Of a DNA stretch of 64,000 bases, positions 25,664-35,170 are shown piece after piece. This DNA is from an uncultured virus (IMG/VR IMGVR_UViG_3300009838_000020) (taxonomy: Duplodnaviria > Heunggongvirae > Uroviricota > Caudoviricetes). Each line of letters opens with the position of its first letter. Position 1 is the stretch's first letter. The stretch lies in IMG/VR virus record IMGVR_UViG_3300009838_000020; one strand, given 5' to 3'. The notes below the pieces were generated by a model. That model did not search any database, was not told where the DNA came from, and saw only the letters and a program-made list of their open reading frames with translations. The position numbers and the translations under genes were made by a program.

Positions 25664-26619
25664 TAGTTCGTTGTTATTACGTGATTCGCACTTGTAGAAT
25701 ATGGTATACTAGTTTCATAGGTATACATATTAAACGTTCGGTCTGTTCCTCCAGCATCTTTTACTGTCAAAGACGAAAGAATGTAATCACTGGTTAAATT
25801 TGCGTTTAAATTTGTAGTATCTATAACGCTTGTAATTGTTATAGAAGGTGGTAAGATAACAACAAACTTAGTCTGTACTGTTCCCGTTACTAACGTGAAA
25901 GTATTTACCCCGTTTGTTTTAAAAGCTCTTGAAGGCAAAGCCTCTGCATAAATCCTGTTTGCCGTACCGTCAGAAGGGTTTGCTGGCAATGTTGCCGTTG
26001 CACCCCAATATCTGTAAAACAAAGATGTCACAACAAAATTATTGCTGTCTACATCCGACCCAGTATCGTTATTTGCAATACCTTTCCAAGACTGATTTGC
26101 ATTGTTGGCATTTAACTGAATAGTTGTAATAGCAACCGCTTGTGTCCCGTCGTTTGGAGTGCCAGCCAACAACGTTGCGTTAGCAGTATTGTCAAAAATG
26201 TCAATAGTGTTTACGTCACCGCTGTTTTCTGTAATAGCCCAGTTGAATGTTTTGCTACCAGATAAGGTTGTTCCGACTTCTATGGTTGTGGCTTGACCTG
26301 CTACTGTAAATGCCGTAAACGCAGGATTAACATATTCTAAAGCAATGTCTTCCATAAGCTGTTGAAATGTCCATCCTTCACACGGAATGGTCTGCCCGTT
26401 AGTGTACTTTCCTAAAGATTTTGTTCCGCTTAATACAACTGGAATGTCCGCAGTCAAAACCACGTTTCCGCCAGTGTTTAGATAATCAGAAGCTCTTTGA
26501 ACGTTTCCTCTAATGTCTTTTAACATCAACTCACCCGTAGTGCCGTCAACAAAAATTGACAAACCATTACCCTCGTCGGTTCTAATGTTTTGTCTTTGGG
26601 ATTTTATTAATTCGTTCAT
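25663..26619 (-). CDS. putative virion structural protein (Thr-rich, beta)
   Basis: 318 aa, T/G/N rich, adjacent to the fibre gene. Confidence 0.55.
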   Translation of the reverse strand: MNELIKSQRQNIRTDEGNGLSIFVDGTTGELMLKDIRGNVQRASDYLNTGGNVVLTADIPVVLSGTKSLGKYTNGQTIPCEGWTFQQLMEDIALEYVNPAFTAFTVAGQATTIEVGTTLSGSKTFNWAITENSGDVNTIDIFDNTANATLLAGTPNDGTQAVAITTIQLNANNANQSWKGIANNDTGSDVDSNNFVVTSLFYRYWGATATLPANPSDGTANRIYAEALPSRAFKTNGVNTFTLVTGTVQTKFVVILPPSITITSVIDTTNLNANLTSDYILSSLTVKDAGGTDRTFNMYTYETSIPYSTSANHVITTN

Positions 26620-26634
26620 ATTTTTTTGTGTTTA

Positions 26635-26955
26635 TTAACCGAAAAAGCGTTCAAAAAACTTTAAAACAAACGTCCACATAGCACCGATTACCAAACCTCC
26701 GCCAATTAATTTTGCTTTAAAAGATTTGTCTCTCTCTATGTATTTTTCGTGCTCTTCTACTTTTTTTATCAATCCTGTTTGTCCATAAGTAGTGTTTCCT
26801 ATTACGGAAATATCCACATTGTTCAACGTTGTGCTCATGGTTTCAATTTTCTGAGACAACTTCGTAACCGTTTCTTTAATAAACTCTATGTCCGAAGCAT
26901 TTACGGATATAGTTTTTGTTGTTCTTTTTGTTCTAGTAGGTTTGGGTTGCATCAT
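26635..26955 (-). CDS. coiled-coil membrane protein
   Basis: Coiled coil plus C-terminal TM. Confidence 0.55.
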   Translation of the reverse strand: MMQPKPTRTKRTTKTISVNASDIEFIKETVTKLSQKIETMSTTLNNVDISVIGNTTYGQTGLIKKVEEHEKYIERDKSFKAKLIGGGLVIGAMWTFVLKFFERFFG

Positions 26956-26957
26956 GG

Positions 26958-27368
26958 TTATAATCCTAAATTTTCTAATTGTTTTGCTAGCGAAACAGTT
27001 TTCAATTTTAGATTACTATTGTAAAAGGCAAGTCCAATTTGCTCTTTTGAATTTTTATCTGTGTATTTCATAATGAAACAGCAAGTGCTTTCAATATCCA
27101 CTTGGTGTTCTTTTGCACATTCTATCAAAGACTTTTTCATATATGGGCTTGCAATACTTTCGTATCCTAAAAAATCAATCTTCTTGTCCATTATGCTTAA
27201 AAAAGTTACTTTTTCTTTCCCTACAAATTCAACGCAGGTTTCGTAAAAAACACCGCCTTCTGGGTTGTTTGTGACTTTAATTTGAACTTGGTTGTTACCC
27301 ACGTTGTAAATATTTTGGTATTTGTTAATACCAGTCGTCATTATTTTTTTTATTACTCCTTCAATCAT
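26958..27368 (-). CDS. hypothetical protein
   Basis: 136 aa ORF. Confidence 0.55.
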   Translation of the reverse strand: MIEGVIKKIMTTGINKYQNIYNVGNNQVQIKVTNNPEGGVFYETCVEFVGKEKVTFLSIMDKKIDFLGYESIASPYMKKSLIECAKEHQVDIESTCCFIMKYTDKNSKEQIGLAFYNSNLKLKTVSLAKQLENLGL

Positions 27369-27430
27369 TGTTTTTTTGTTTCTTGGTTATACTGCAATAA
27401 TTAATGTTGTTTGTTTTACTGGTAAATTTA

Positions 27431-27994
27431 CTATTTTTTTTCAAAAATACCGAAAACCTTTGGGTATTTAGATTTTAAATTTTCTAAAGTGTCTGAAAAG
27501 CCCCAGTCTTGTGCAAAATCCGCAGAATAATTAACTTTTTGCTTATCAAACCTAACAGTGCTGTTTATGTTCATTAATTTTAACTTCATAACACCGTCAA
27601 CTACCACATCTATTGGTTTGCGTGCCACAACATTTGCTACAAAAGTTGGCAACGATTCTTTAATGCTAGATTTTTTTATTGTACCAAAAGCATCTATTTT
27701 AAAAGAGGTGTTTGGCTGTATTGTTACTATGTCGTTTGAAACAACGCTTGCAAATTGTACGTTGTTGTAAAAAAGGTCTAAGTCAAATGAATTTATCACA
27801 ACCTGAAAATTGGATTTGTTGGTTATTTCAATGATAACCTTTACATTTACATCGTCACCGTCAATGCCGACCAAAGTAAAATCTTTTATTTTGTAATCAT
27901 AGCTCAGTGCTAAATCGACCTGTGTTTTAAAATACTTATAAAACGCAAAGCCAATTACACCGAGTCCTGTTACTATTAATACTTTTCTTATCAT
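27431..27994 (-). CDS. LEA_2/WHy-like protein with N-terminal TM
   Basis: IEITNKSNFQVVINSFDLDLFYNN...IQPN pattern. Confidence 0.65.
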   Translation of the reverse strand: MIRKVLIVTGLGVIGFAFYKYFKTQVDLALSYDYKIKDFTLVGIDGDDVNVKVIIEITNKSNFQVVINSFDLDLFYNNVQFASVVSNDIVTIQPNTSFKIDAFGTIKKSSIKESLPTFVANVVARKPIDVVVDGVMKLKLMNINSTVRFDKQKVNYSADFAQDWGFSDTLENLKSKYPKVFGIFEKK

Positions 27995-28182
27995 TATTTT
28001 TTCTTTTTTACAAAGTATGCAAACGCTGAAATTGCAACAATGCTTACAAACAAAATTATTCCGTACCTTGCAATATCTTTTTTTTCAAATTCTTGTTTGT
28101 CGATTTCTTGAAAGTCTTTCTCTTGCTGTACCAATAGTTTTTCGATTCTATCGTATGCGGAGCTATCGTATGTTTTACCCAT
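27994..28182 (-). CDS. small C-terminally anchored membrane protein
   Basis: TM plus KKKK. Confidence 0.55.
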   Translation of the reverse strand: MGKTYDSSAYDRIEKLLVQQEKDFQEIDKQEFEKKDIARYGIILFVSIVAISAFAYFVKKKK

Positions 28183-28532
28183 TATTTTAACTTTTTTTGA
28201 GAAAAGCCCCAGATTAATAAAAGAGCACCAATTAAAACTACCGAACTAAAAAACACTTTTTTATTTCTTTGGTAAATACTTTCGGATTCTATTCTTAGTT
28301 TGTCGTACTCTGAAAAAGTGTCAGCAATACCCAGTACTTTTTCTGCTTTTTGTTCCGCCAAAACAAGCTCGCAATTTAGGTCTTTGAAAGCTTTTCTTTT
28401 TGACTCCAAACTTGCTTTGTCGTACACTAGTTTGTCCCTAAGCCTGCCGTCGTTTAAAGATAAAACAGTATCACGCTCAATATTGTTTTGTAGAGCTTGT
28501 ATATCGGCTTGTAATTTTGCACAGTTGCTCAT
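28182..28532 (-). CDS. membrane protein (Cys pair, coiled coil, C-terminal TM)
   Basis: Architecture similar to 28775..29188. Confidence 0.55.
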   Translation of the reverse strand: MSNCAKLQADIQALQNNIERDTVLSLNDGRLRDKLVYDKASLESKRKAFKDLNCELVLAEQKAEKVLGIADTFSEYDKLRIESESIYQRNKKVFFSSVVLIGALLLIWGFSQKKLK

Positions 28533-28542
28533 TTTAACGAAT

Positions 28543-28773
28543 TTATAGTCTTCTTGTTACTCCAGTTGACCTAGTTATTGATGTTGGTGCTATTTCGCTA
28601 GCTCTGGTGCTGTTTCTAAGTATTAGCCCAGTTCCCGTATCTACTTCGGCAATTTCTTTTTCAATGTCGGAAATCATTAATTCTTTGTCTACTGGTTTTT
28701 TCTTAACGAAAACATACCAAGCCACAACGCTTAATCCTGTAAATACAACAAATATTCCTACTACTTTTTTCAT
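28543..28773 (-). CDS. small membrane protein
   Basis: N-terminal TM plus KKK. Confidence 0.55.
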   Translation of the reverse strand: MKKVVGIFVVFTGLSVVAWYVFVKKKPVDKELMISDIEKEIAEVDTGTGLILRNSTRASEIAPTSITRSTGVTRRL

Positions 28774-28774
28774 T

Positions 28775-29188
28775 TTATTTTTTTAAAATTATGTATAGCC
28801 CAGCTAAAAACAATACTGAACCGACGGCAAAATAAGCTGTTTGCTCGTTGTAGTTTTTACCTAAAACAGCATTTTCAGACTCAATTGCTGATTTTGTTGC
28901 CAATACTCCCGTTTCTGTAAGCCTAAGATTTTCTATTTTATTACGGCAATCTGCATAATTGAAATAGTTTTTCATGTCGGCTTCACGTTTGACCAATGCG
29001 GTTATGTAATAATCGTCTCCTCTTCCAGCTAGTTTTTTGTTGCGTTCGCTGATAATTTGCTCGTTTATTTTTTTTAGCATTTCGTCTATAACAATACAGT
29101 CTTTCCCTTCGTAGTAAAAGTATTTTTTTGCTTTTACTTCGGCTTCCATTGTTCTTAATTGCTGTATTGATAAAACGGGTATAGACAT
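28775..29188 (-). CDS. membrane protein (Cys pair, coiled coil, C-terminal TM)
   Basis: TM plus KK tail. Confidence 0.55.
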   Translation of the reverse strand: MSIPVLSIQQLRTMEAEVKAKKYFYYEGKDCIVIDEMLKKINEQIISERNKKLAGRGDDYYITALVKREADMKNYFNYADCRNKIENLRLTETGVLATKSAIESENAVLGKNYNEQTAYFAVGSVLFLAGLYIILKK

Positions 29189-29192
29189 GATT

Positions 29193-29612
29193 TTATTTTT
29201 TTCTAAGTAAGATGTATGCTCCCAAAACGGCTACTGCTACATAAGCCCAAAAACAACTTTTGCATTTTGGACATTCTTTATTTTCTTCTGGTGTATTTGC
29301 TGTCATGTTTGGTAATGGTTTTATGCCACCTGTTACGGTTGCTTCTTGTGGTTTAACAATTGGTGTTACGATTTCTGGCTCAACAATAGCACTTGCTCCT
29401 GTTATTGGTTTTACGCCTCCATCTATAAGCTCCTGTGATAAAACTGGAGTACTAATAGCGGTTACTGGTGTAGCTACTGGTGCTGGTGCTGTTTGATTTT
29501 TTGCATTGCACTTAATAATAAAGTACTTTATAAAATCCTCCCTTTCTTTATCGCTTGCAAAAGTTTGATTTAGTGTTGCATAGCGTGCTTGTTCTTCGCA
29601 TGTATATTGCAT
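29193..29612 (-). CDS. Pro/Thr-rich membrane protein
   Basis: CPKCKSC then C-terminal TM plus RKK. Confidence 0.55.
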   Translation of the reverse strand: MQYTCEEQARYATLNQTFASDKEREDFIKYFIIKCNAKNQTAPAPVATPVTAISTPVLSQELIDGGVKPITGASAIVEPEIVTPIVKPQEATVTGGIKPLPNMTANTPEENKECPKCKSCFWAYVAVAVLGAYILLRKK

Positions 29613-29624
29613 AGCTTTTTATTT

Positions 29625-30152
29625 TTATTTTTCTAAAATGAAACCAGCTCCATCTACAATAGGTCTGATTTTGTTTTTTAATGCTCCGTCAAGAAAACCA
29701 AGCTCTTCATTTAGCCATTCAACTAAATTTAGGTTTTCATACTGTCCTAGCAATTTCCACAATCCAGAAGGTGCTTTTCCGTCGAAATCCCTACTCCTTA
29801 CCCCAAAATTGTTGTAAATTAATTTAAAGTCTTCCGAGTTGATTTTTGAGAATACATTTTCTATTATCGACTTGTCAGTGCCCCAGTAATAATTAAAAGC
29901 CTCATAAAGACTTTCTGCATAGTTTCTGGCTTGCTGACCTGTAATGGTTAGCTTGTTTTGGTCTACATTCTGAATAATCAACTTTCCAGTCAAAGGGTTT
30001 GTACCCTTAATTTGCTTATTGACCCTTTTAACTACAGCCACAGCCACAACAGCCAATATTGTTGCTCCGCCTATATAAAGCAAAGGTTTTTTGTTGTTTC
30101 CAATAAAAGTGCCTGTTTTTGTAATAACATCACCTACGTTTATTTTTGCCAT
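29625..30152 (-). CDS. membrane-anchored protein with annexin-repeat-like segment
   Basis: AESLYEAFNYYWGTDKSIIENVF resembles the annexin L..AM.G.GTDE..I motif. Confidence 0.5.
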   Translation of the reverse strand: MAKINVGDVITKTGTFIGNNKKPLLYIGGATILAVVAVAVVKRVNKQIKGTNPLTGKLIIQNVDQNKLTITGQQARNYAESLYEAFNYYWGTDKSIIENVFSKINSEDFKLIYNNFGVRSRDFDGKAPSGLWKLLGQYENLNLVEWLNEELGFLDGALKNKIRPIVDGAGFILEK

Positions 30153-30158
30153 AGCTTT

Positions 30159-30431
30159 TTATTTTACGGATGTTCCACCCTGTGTGTTGTATTTTTTGCC
30201 TTTAAAAAGAAATGTTGGTTGCCCAGCCAAAACAGCGGTAGCCCAAACATCTAAAAATTCTTTTTCAAAAGTAGAAATAAATTCCATGTCGGCATTTTTA
30301 CCAGCATCAAAAATTATCTTAACATTATCATCCTTACTGCGACCAGAGGTTTTTTTCAGTTCTTTCCAGACGAAAAAACCTCCAGTTAACAGTATGGTTG
30401 CGACAATTATTTTTACGGTTATATTTTTCAT
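30159..30431 (-). CDS. small membrane protein
   Basis: N-terminal TM. Confidence 0.55.
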   Translation of the reverse strand: MKNITVKIIVATILLTGGFFVWKELKKTSGRSKDDNVKIIFDAGKNADMEFISTFEKEFLDVWATAVLAGQPTFLFKGKKYNTQGGTSVK

Positions 30432-30435
30432 TTTT

Positions 30436-30915
30436 TTATATTTTAGAGACCGTTTGGTTTGTTTTGTTGTACTTGTAGCCTAATTTTTTTAATTCGCTTT
30501 CTAAACTTTTAATTTTTAGTTGAAGCTGTGTTATTGAATTAGCGGTGCTTACACCTGCCTGCGGTCTGTAATTTGTAATTTGCTTTTCAGTGGAAACAAT
30601 TTGTTTTCGTAAAAGCTCCGCTCTTTCTGCTATTTGTTTGGCAATAGAAGCTTCTTCTGCAAGCAAAGTTGGCGGTGTATTGGCATTAATGTCATTTAAA
30701 GTGCCTTTAGCTTTTTCTATTTGATTTTTAATTGAACCTAAAAAGCCACCGCTTTTTGTGCTGGTGGTTTGTGCAGTTTGTGCTTCGTTTTTTTCAGCCT
30801 CACTTCCTGTGTCGCTAATTTTTAGTGCTTCCAAATTTTTTTTCTTTTGAAAAAAAAGAAAAGCTCCAAACCCAACAACAGACAAAACGGTCATTCCAAT
30901 TAATACTTTTTTCAT
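30436..30915 (-). CDS. membrane-anchored coiled-coil protein (paralog of 30919..31290)
   Basis: MKKVLIGMTVLSVVGFG...LGYKY. Confidence 0.6.
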   Translation of the reverse strand: MKKVLIGMTVLSVVGFGAFLFFQKKKNLEALKISDTGSEAEKNEAQTAQTTSTKSGGFLGSIKNQIEKAKGTLNDINANTPPTLLAEEASIAKQIAERAELLRKQIVSTEKQITNYRPQAGVSTANSITQLQLKIKSLESELKKLGYKYNKTNQTVSKI

Positions 30916-30918
30916 TTT

Positions 30919-31290
30919 TTATAGTTTTACAGCTTTTCCGTCAACATATTTAAAACCCAAATCCAAAAGCTGTCTGTTTAAATTGTTGATTTCGTCTTGT
31001 GCTTTTAGCCTTGTGTGAAAACTACTGCCTTTGGTGTCTTTTAGCACTTGACGACTCTTTATTTTTTCAGCTATTTGCTGTGCTAATAAAGTTGTTCCTG
31101 TTTCTATTGCCTTAACAACTTCGTCGTCGCTTTTTGGCAAAGCCGATTGACTTGCTGGACTAGTTGCTGGTGCTTTTTCGTCGCTTACAGCATCGGTCGA
31201 TAATTGTGTTGCTTTTTTCTTTTGTAAAAAAACAAAAACTCCGAATCCAACAACAGACAAAACGGTTAATCCAATTAATACCTTTTTCAT
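30919..31290 (-). CDS. membrane-anchored coiled-coil protein (paralog of 30436..30915)
   Basis: MKKVLIGLTVLSVVGFG...LGFKY. Confidence 0.6.
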   Translation of the reverse strand: MKKVLIGLTVLSVVGFGVFVFLQKKKATQLSTDAVSDEKAPATSPASQSALPKSDDEVVKAIETGTTLLAQQIAEKIKSRQVLKDTKGSSFHTRLKAQDEINNLNRQLLDLGFKYVDGKAVKL

Positions 31291-31300
31291 TTTTTAATAT

Positions 31301-31762
31301 TTATCCGCCGTTAGAAGCAAAACTAGTTCCTCTTGTGGGTCTGGTGGTTATCGGTGTTAATTGAAATTGTGCTGGGGCTGTGTTTGCTGGCGGAGACGAT
31401 TGCAACCATGACAGTTCCTTAGAGGTCAATGGCACATTCATGCTAGGGTCTTCTGAAACTACAGCAAGCAAAGAAAATCCAGCTGGAATTTCTACAGCAG
31501 GCGTGGGCGTTGTTTTCACTCCTCCTAACTGAACAGCATCTTCAATGGTTAATTGAGGTGCTTTTACAATTGCTGGCTGTGGCTCAAAAACAACATCTGA
31601 TACATTGCTAACTGGCAAAACAGAGGAAACCAAATCGTTGGCTTTGTCTTTTGCGTCATCTAATGTTTCTTTTACTTTCGCTTTGTTGTTTTTATAAAAA
31701 TACAAGCCTAATGCAACCGCAAGACCTGTTCCTCCTACTAATAAAATTGTTTTTGTTTTCAT
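31301..31762 (-). CDS. membrane-anchored Pro-rich protein
   Basis: MKTKTILLVGGTGLAVALGLYFYK anchor. Confidence 0.55.
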   Translation of the reverse strand: MKTKTILLVGGTGLAVALGLYFYKNNKAKVKETLDDAKDKANDLVSSVLPVSNVSDVVFEPQPAIVKAPQLTIEDAVQLGGVKTTPTPAVEIPAGFSLLAVVSEDPSMNVPLTSKELSWLQSSPPANTAPAQFQLTPITTRPTRGTSFASNGG

Positions 31763-31768
31763 GATAAA

Positions 31769-32182
31769 TTATTTTTTGGTAGTTAGGTCAATAAGTGTAG
31801 GTTGTGCAGATTTTTTAAATTGATTAATACCGTATTTTAAAGCTAAAGCGTCGTATTTGGCTTGGTCTGAATTTTTAATAAATGTTGATTTTCCTGTTTT
31901 TATCATCGGAAGTATTAATGACGCATATTCTTTTGCGTCAGTAATATTCATTTTGTCAATCATTTTGTTTAAGCTATTAATTCCTTCTGCCAAATCATTG
32001 TGGTAAGGCAGTTTGTCTATTTCGTCTTGAACTTGTTTTTTTAACAAATCTTTTTCGGAAATATCAGTTGGATTAACATCTTCTAAATTAGATATTTTTT
32101 TTGATTTTTTTTTATAAAAATATAAACAGGCTACAATTGCCAAACCTACACCGCCAATGATTAAAATTTTTTTTGTTTTCAT
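31769..32182 (-). CDS. membrane-anchored protein
   Basis: MKTKKILIIGGVGLAIVACLYFYK anchor. Confidence 0.55.
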   Translation of the reverse strand: MKTKKILIIGGVGLAIVACLYFYKKKSKKISNLEDVNPTDISEKDLLKKQVQDEIDKLPYHNDLAEGINSLNKMIDKMNITDAKEYASLILPMIKTGKSTFIKNSDQAKYDALALKYGINQFKKSAQPTLIDLTTKK

Positions 32183-32207
32183 GCTTTTGTTTTTTTTGTA
32201 ATTAAAG

Positions 32208-32432
32208 CTATAAAGCAACTTTGGTTTTTCCTCCTGCCGAACTTTTTGGTTTTAATTTATTTATTTTGTTTTCAACGTAATACAACGCATAAACTGACGC
32301 TATGCCAATAAAAAGCCCAGACACACAGCCTAAAAAAATATTTTTATTAAGTATTTTTGCCGAAACGCCTCCTGCAACTATACCTGTTGATGAAAAAGCT
32401 ATTGCTCTGTTGAATGATTTTTTGTCAAACAT
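32208..32432 (-). CDS. small two-helix membrane protein
   Basis: Gly-zipper-like hydrophobic segments. Confidence 0.5.
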   Translation of the reverse strand: MFDKKSFNRAIAFSSTGIVAGGVSAKILNKNIFLGCVSGLFIGIASVYALYYVENKINKLKPKSSAGGKTKVAL

Positions 32433-32443
32433 AAAAGTTTTTT

Positions 32444-32944
32444 TTAATTTAAGCCAAAACCACTACCAAAATTAGTGCTTTGAGTTGCTGGTGTAAATTT
32501 CTTTGTTTTAATTACAAAAAACTCATAAAAGTCTTTTTTAATTTGCCCTAACACAAAACCAAAACCAAAACTATTGTTGTATTCGTTAATTTCTTTTGTG
32601 TTTGGATTGTTTTGCATGTTCATAACAGCTTGCTCGGTTTTGCTACCAAATATGCCGTCTTCAATTAAATCTGGCACTGCGTAATTGTTTTCATTCAACC
32701 ACGCTTGTAGTGTTTGAACATTACTTCCAACAGACCCTTTTTTCAACGGAAAAGAAGCGACTGATAAATTTTTCACAACATTTGTAATAGGGGCTGTAGT
32801 TTCAACAACTTTCTCAATTACCTCTTGCGTTTTTTGCTCTGCTGGAGTTTTTACGATTTTCTGTTTAAGGTTTTTGTAAACCAAATATCCTCCTGCACCT
32901 ACTAACGCAAAAGCTCCTAATAATAAACCTAATTTATTTTTCAT
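32444..32944 (-). CDS. membrane-anchored peptidoglycan-binding protein (PG_binding_1)
   Basis: LKKGSVGSNVQTLQAWLN...DGIFGSKTEQAV. Confidence 0.8.
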   Translation of the reverse strand: MKNKLGLLLGAFALVGAGGYLVYKNLKQKIVKTPAEQKTQEVIEKVVETTAPITNVVKNLSVASFPLKKGSVGSNVQTLQAWLNENNYAVPDLIEDGIFGSKTEQAVMNMQNNPNTKEINEYNNSFGFGFVLGQIKKDFYEFFVIKTKKFTPATQSTNFGSGFGLN

Positions 32945-33726
32945 CTTAATACCATTTTATTTTTTTCAAAATCACGAATAAATTTATCAATTTTATCGTA
33001 TCTGTTTTTGTTTCCTTCGTTTGGAGCGTCTTTAAAAACTTCTAGGAAAGCCCTGTAGCCTTCGATTCTAGGGTATCCTAGTCCTAAATAAATCAGCAAG
33101 CCATTTATGTCCGCTTCGGTTTCATCGTCCATATTTTCGTTTAGATAAAAATGGCTAAACTCATGGCACAAAATAGCAAAACGCATAGGAACGGTGTAAG
33201 TGTCGAAATGTTTTTTACTAACTTGAATTCTACCGTTTACTCTTGAAATCCTTGCTGGAGTAGTTAATTCTTTACCGTTGCTCCCGATAATTTTCGGCAT
33301 GTACTCAATAAGAAACCTCCCATTATCTGACTCATACGTTTTGTTAGGCTCAATATAAGCACTATTAAAGCTAAACCTTTGAGCGAAATCGACAAAATTA
33401 TTAACACTAGCATTTCTAATATCGACCACATCAAGCCTTTTTTCCAGCGGTGCTTTGTCCATAGAAACAAGCCGAATGTTTTTTTCTTGGTCTCTAGGCG
33501 TGTTGCCTTTGTTGTCGTCATAAATTGAAATAATTATACTTTCTGGCGTCAACGGCAATCGTATGTGAAAAATTTCAGTGGTTTTTACGGTTTTATACCT
33601 ATCTGTAAAAACAGTTTTAGGTTTTTTTTCGTCGTATATTTTGATACGAACCACGCATGGTTGCTGTACAGCTACCTTAATCACTAAGCACATTTCGTCG
33701 TATCTTGTAGAAAGTCTATAATTCAT
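32941..33726 (-). CDS. zinc metalloprotease-like (HExxH) protein
   Basis: FAILCHEFSHF...ETEAD zincin motif. Confidence 0.7.
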   Translation of the reverse strand: MNYRLSTRYDEMCLVIKVAVQQPCVVRIKIYDEKKPKTVFTDRYKTVKTTEIFHIRLPLTPESIIISIYDDNKGNTPRDQEKNIRLVSMDKAPLEKRLDVVDIRNASVNNFVDFAQRFSFNSAYIEPNKTYESDNGRFLIEYMPKIIGSNGKELTTPARISRVNGRIQVSKKHFDTYTVPMRFAILCHEFSHFYLNENMDDETEADINGLLIYLGLGYPRIEGYRAFLEVFKDAPNEGNKNRYDKIDKFIRDFEKNKMVLR

Positions 33727-34043
33727 TACTTTTTATTCTTATAGATATTAATAGCTACTGCAATCAGTATAAGACCAAAAGAAACGGCTAATATGGACTT
33801 GCTAAAACCCATAGTTTTCGCATTCTCACTGGCATTAGCTTTTTTGGTTTGTTCCAATTTCTGCTGTATTATTTGCTGTGGCGTGATTTCGTCACCATCA
33901 ATGTTATTGAATTCTTCCAGCTTTTTGTTTGGCAAAAATCTACCCTTGTCTTTTTCTCGCTGTAACCAATCTTTAAATGGCAAAAGGCTTCCGCTTTCTT
34001 TCCAAAGCTGGTTAGCCCCTTTTTTTAAATCAACATTTTCCAT
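33726..34043 (-). CDS. membrane protein, C-terminal TM
   Basis: FNNIDG motif; TM plus KNKK. Confidence 0.55.
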   Translation of the reverse strand: MENVDLKKGANQLWKESGSLLPFKDWLQREKDKGRFLPNKKLEEFNNIDGDEITPQQIIQQKLEQTKKANASENAKTMGFSKSILAVSFGLILIAVAINIYKNKK

Positions 34044-34046
34044 AAA

Positions 34047-34175
34047 TTATTTTTTTGCTAAGTTTTTGACTTCCTCTTGTGCTTCTTTTTTTGGCTTATA
34101 AATAGCGAAATAAATATACACTATAGCACAAGCCGAAACTGTCAACAACACCGCTCCTATATCTGATTTTTTCAT
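34047..34175 (-). CDS. small membrane protein (42 aa)
   Basis: MKKSDIGAVLLTVSACAIVYIYFAIYKPKK...; below the ORF-track cutoff. Confidence 0.5.
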   Translation of the reverse strand: MKKSDIGAVLLTVSACAIVYIYFAIYKPKKEAQEEVKNLAKK

Positions 34176-34223
34176 TTTTTTTAAAAGCTAAGAATTAAAC
34201 AAATTTAGCAAAAAATTATTTTA

Positions 34224-34361
34224 TTATTGCGACTTTTTCCAAGCTTTACCAGCAATATAAACTGTCACAAAAACAACCGCCAAAGAAACAGCCAAAGCTA
34301 CTGCTTTTGTTTTTAAATCCGTTTTTTTTGGTTGTGGGTCAACCATTTCTGTAGTTTCCAT
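34224..34361 (-). CDS. small membrane protein (45 aa)
   Basis: ...VVFVTVYIAGKAWKKSQ*. Confidence 0.55.
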   Translation of the reverse strand: METTEMVDPQPKKTDLKTKAVALAVSLAVVFVTVYIAGKAWKKSQ

Positions 34362-34379
34362 AATTACTTAATTTTTGAA

Positions 34380-34493
34380 TTAAACTTCCTGTGATTTTTT
34401 CCAGCTTTTTCCAGCTACATAAACGTAACCGTAAACTACTGCGAATGAGATAACTAATCCCAAAACTCCTGCTAATAAACTTGGTTTTTTCAT
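34380..34493 (-). CDS. small membrane protein (37 aa), paralog of 34224..34361
   Basis: ...VVYGYVYVAGKSWKKSQEV*. Confidence 0.55.
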   Translation of the reverse strand: MKKPSLLAGVLGLVISFAVVYGYVYVAGKSWKKSQEV

Positions 34494-34505
34494 TTTGTTA
34501 TGTAT

Positions 34506-34949
34506 TTAATTTTTTGTTTTCTTTTGTGATAATGCGTAATCGATTGAAAAACCGAGCCCGCCTAATGTCATGCTTAACACTAATGCAATACCAAAGCCTT
34601 TCCAAAAGCCTGTTTTATTGGCAAATGAATAAATTACGCCAGTTGTAAAACCCACACTTGAACCAATTAGTTGGGCGGTATGGTTTGTCGCCACTGTTTG
34701 TTGCTCTTGTGCTTTCATTATGTTATCTTTATTTTGTTTAACAATTTTTTTTTCGTTATAAGCCTTGCTTAATACGGGGTCGGATACAAATGGAATGCAT
34801 TTCTCGTTTGGTAAACATTTACGCTGTTCAAACTTATGACCTACTTTATATTTGTCAAAATCCTCTACAGCTACATACAGTTCTGTTTCTTGTAGCTCCA
34901 AAGCCAAAGTGTTTGCGTATTTTTGGTTTTCAGCAGTGCTCCAATCCAT
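34506..34949 (-). CDS. membrane protein with two C-terminal TMs
   Basis: Gly-rich hydrophobic hairpin. Confidence 0.55.
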   Translation of the reverse strand: MDWSTAENQKYANTLALELQETELYVAVEDFDKYKVGHKFEQRKCLPNEKCIPFVSDPVLSKAYNEKKIVKQNKDNIMKAQEQQTVATNHTAQLIGSSVGFTTGVIYSFANKTGFWKGFGIALVLSMTLGGLGFSIDYALSQKKTKN

Positions 34950-35170
34950 TACTTTTTATTTACAATTACAGCTGTTGCAAGCCCTCCAATTAATGCCCCA
35001 ACTAAACCACTAGTGTATGTGGGAAGGTTTTTGTAATACCCAACCATCATTCCTATAACCAAACCAGCAATTGCACCGTTAATTGATGCTTTTGATGTCA
35101 AACCTAAAATTTCTTTTCTGTCTTTGTCAACAATTTGTTTGGCTTCTGATATGTAGTCTTTTGTTTCCAT
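34949..35170 (-). CDS. small Gly-zipper membrane protein
   Basis: GAIAGLVIG...GLVGALIGGLA. Confidence 0.55.
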   Translation of the reverse strand: METKDYISEAKQIVDKDRKEILGLTSKASINGAIAGLVIGMMVGYYKNLPTYTSGLVGALIGGLATAVIVNKK

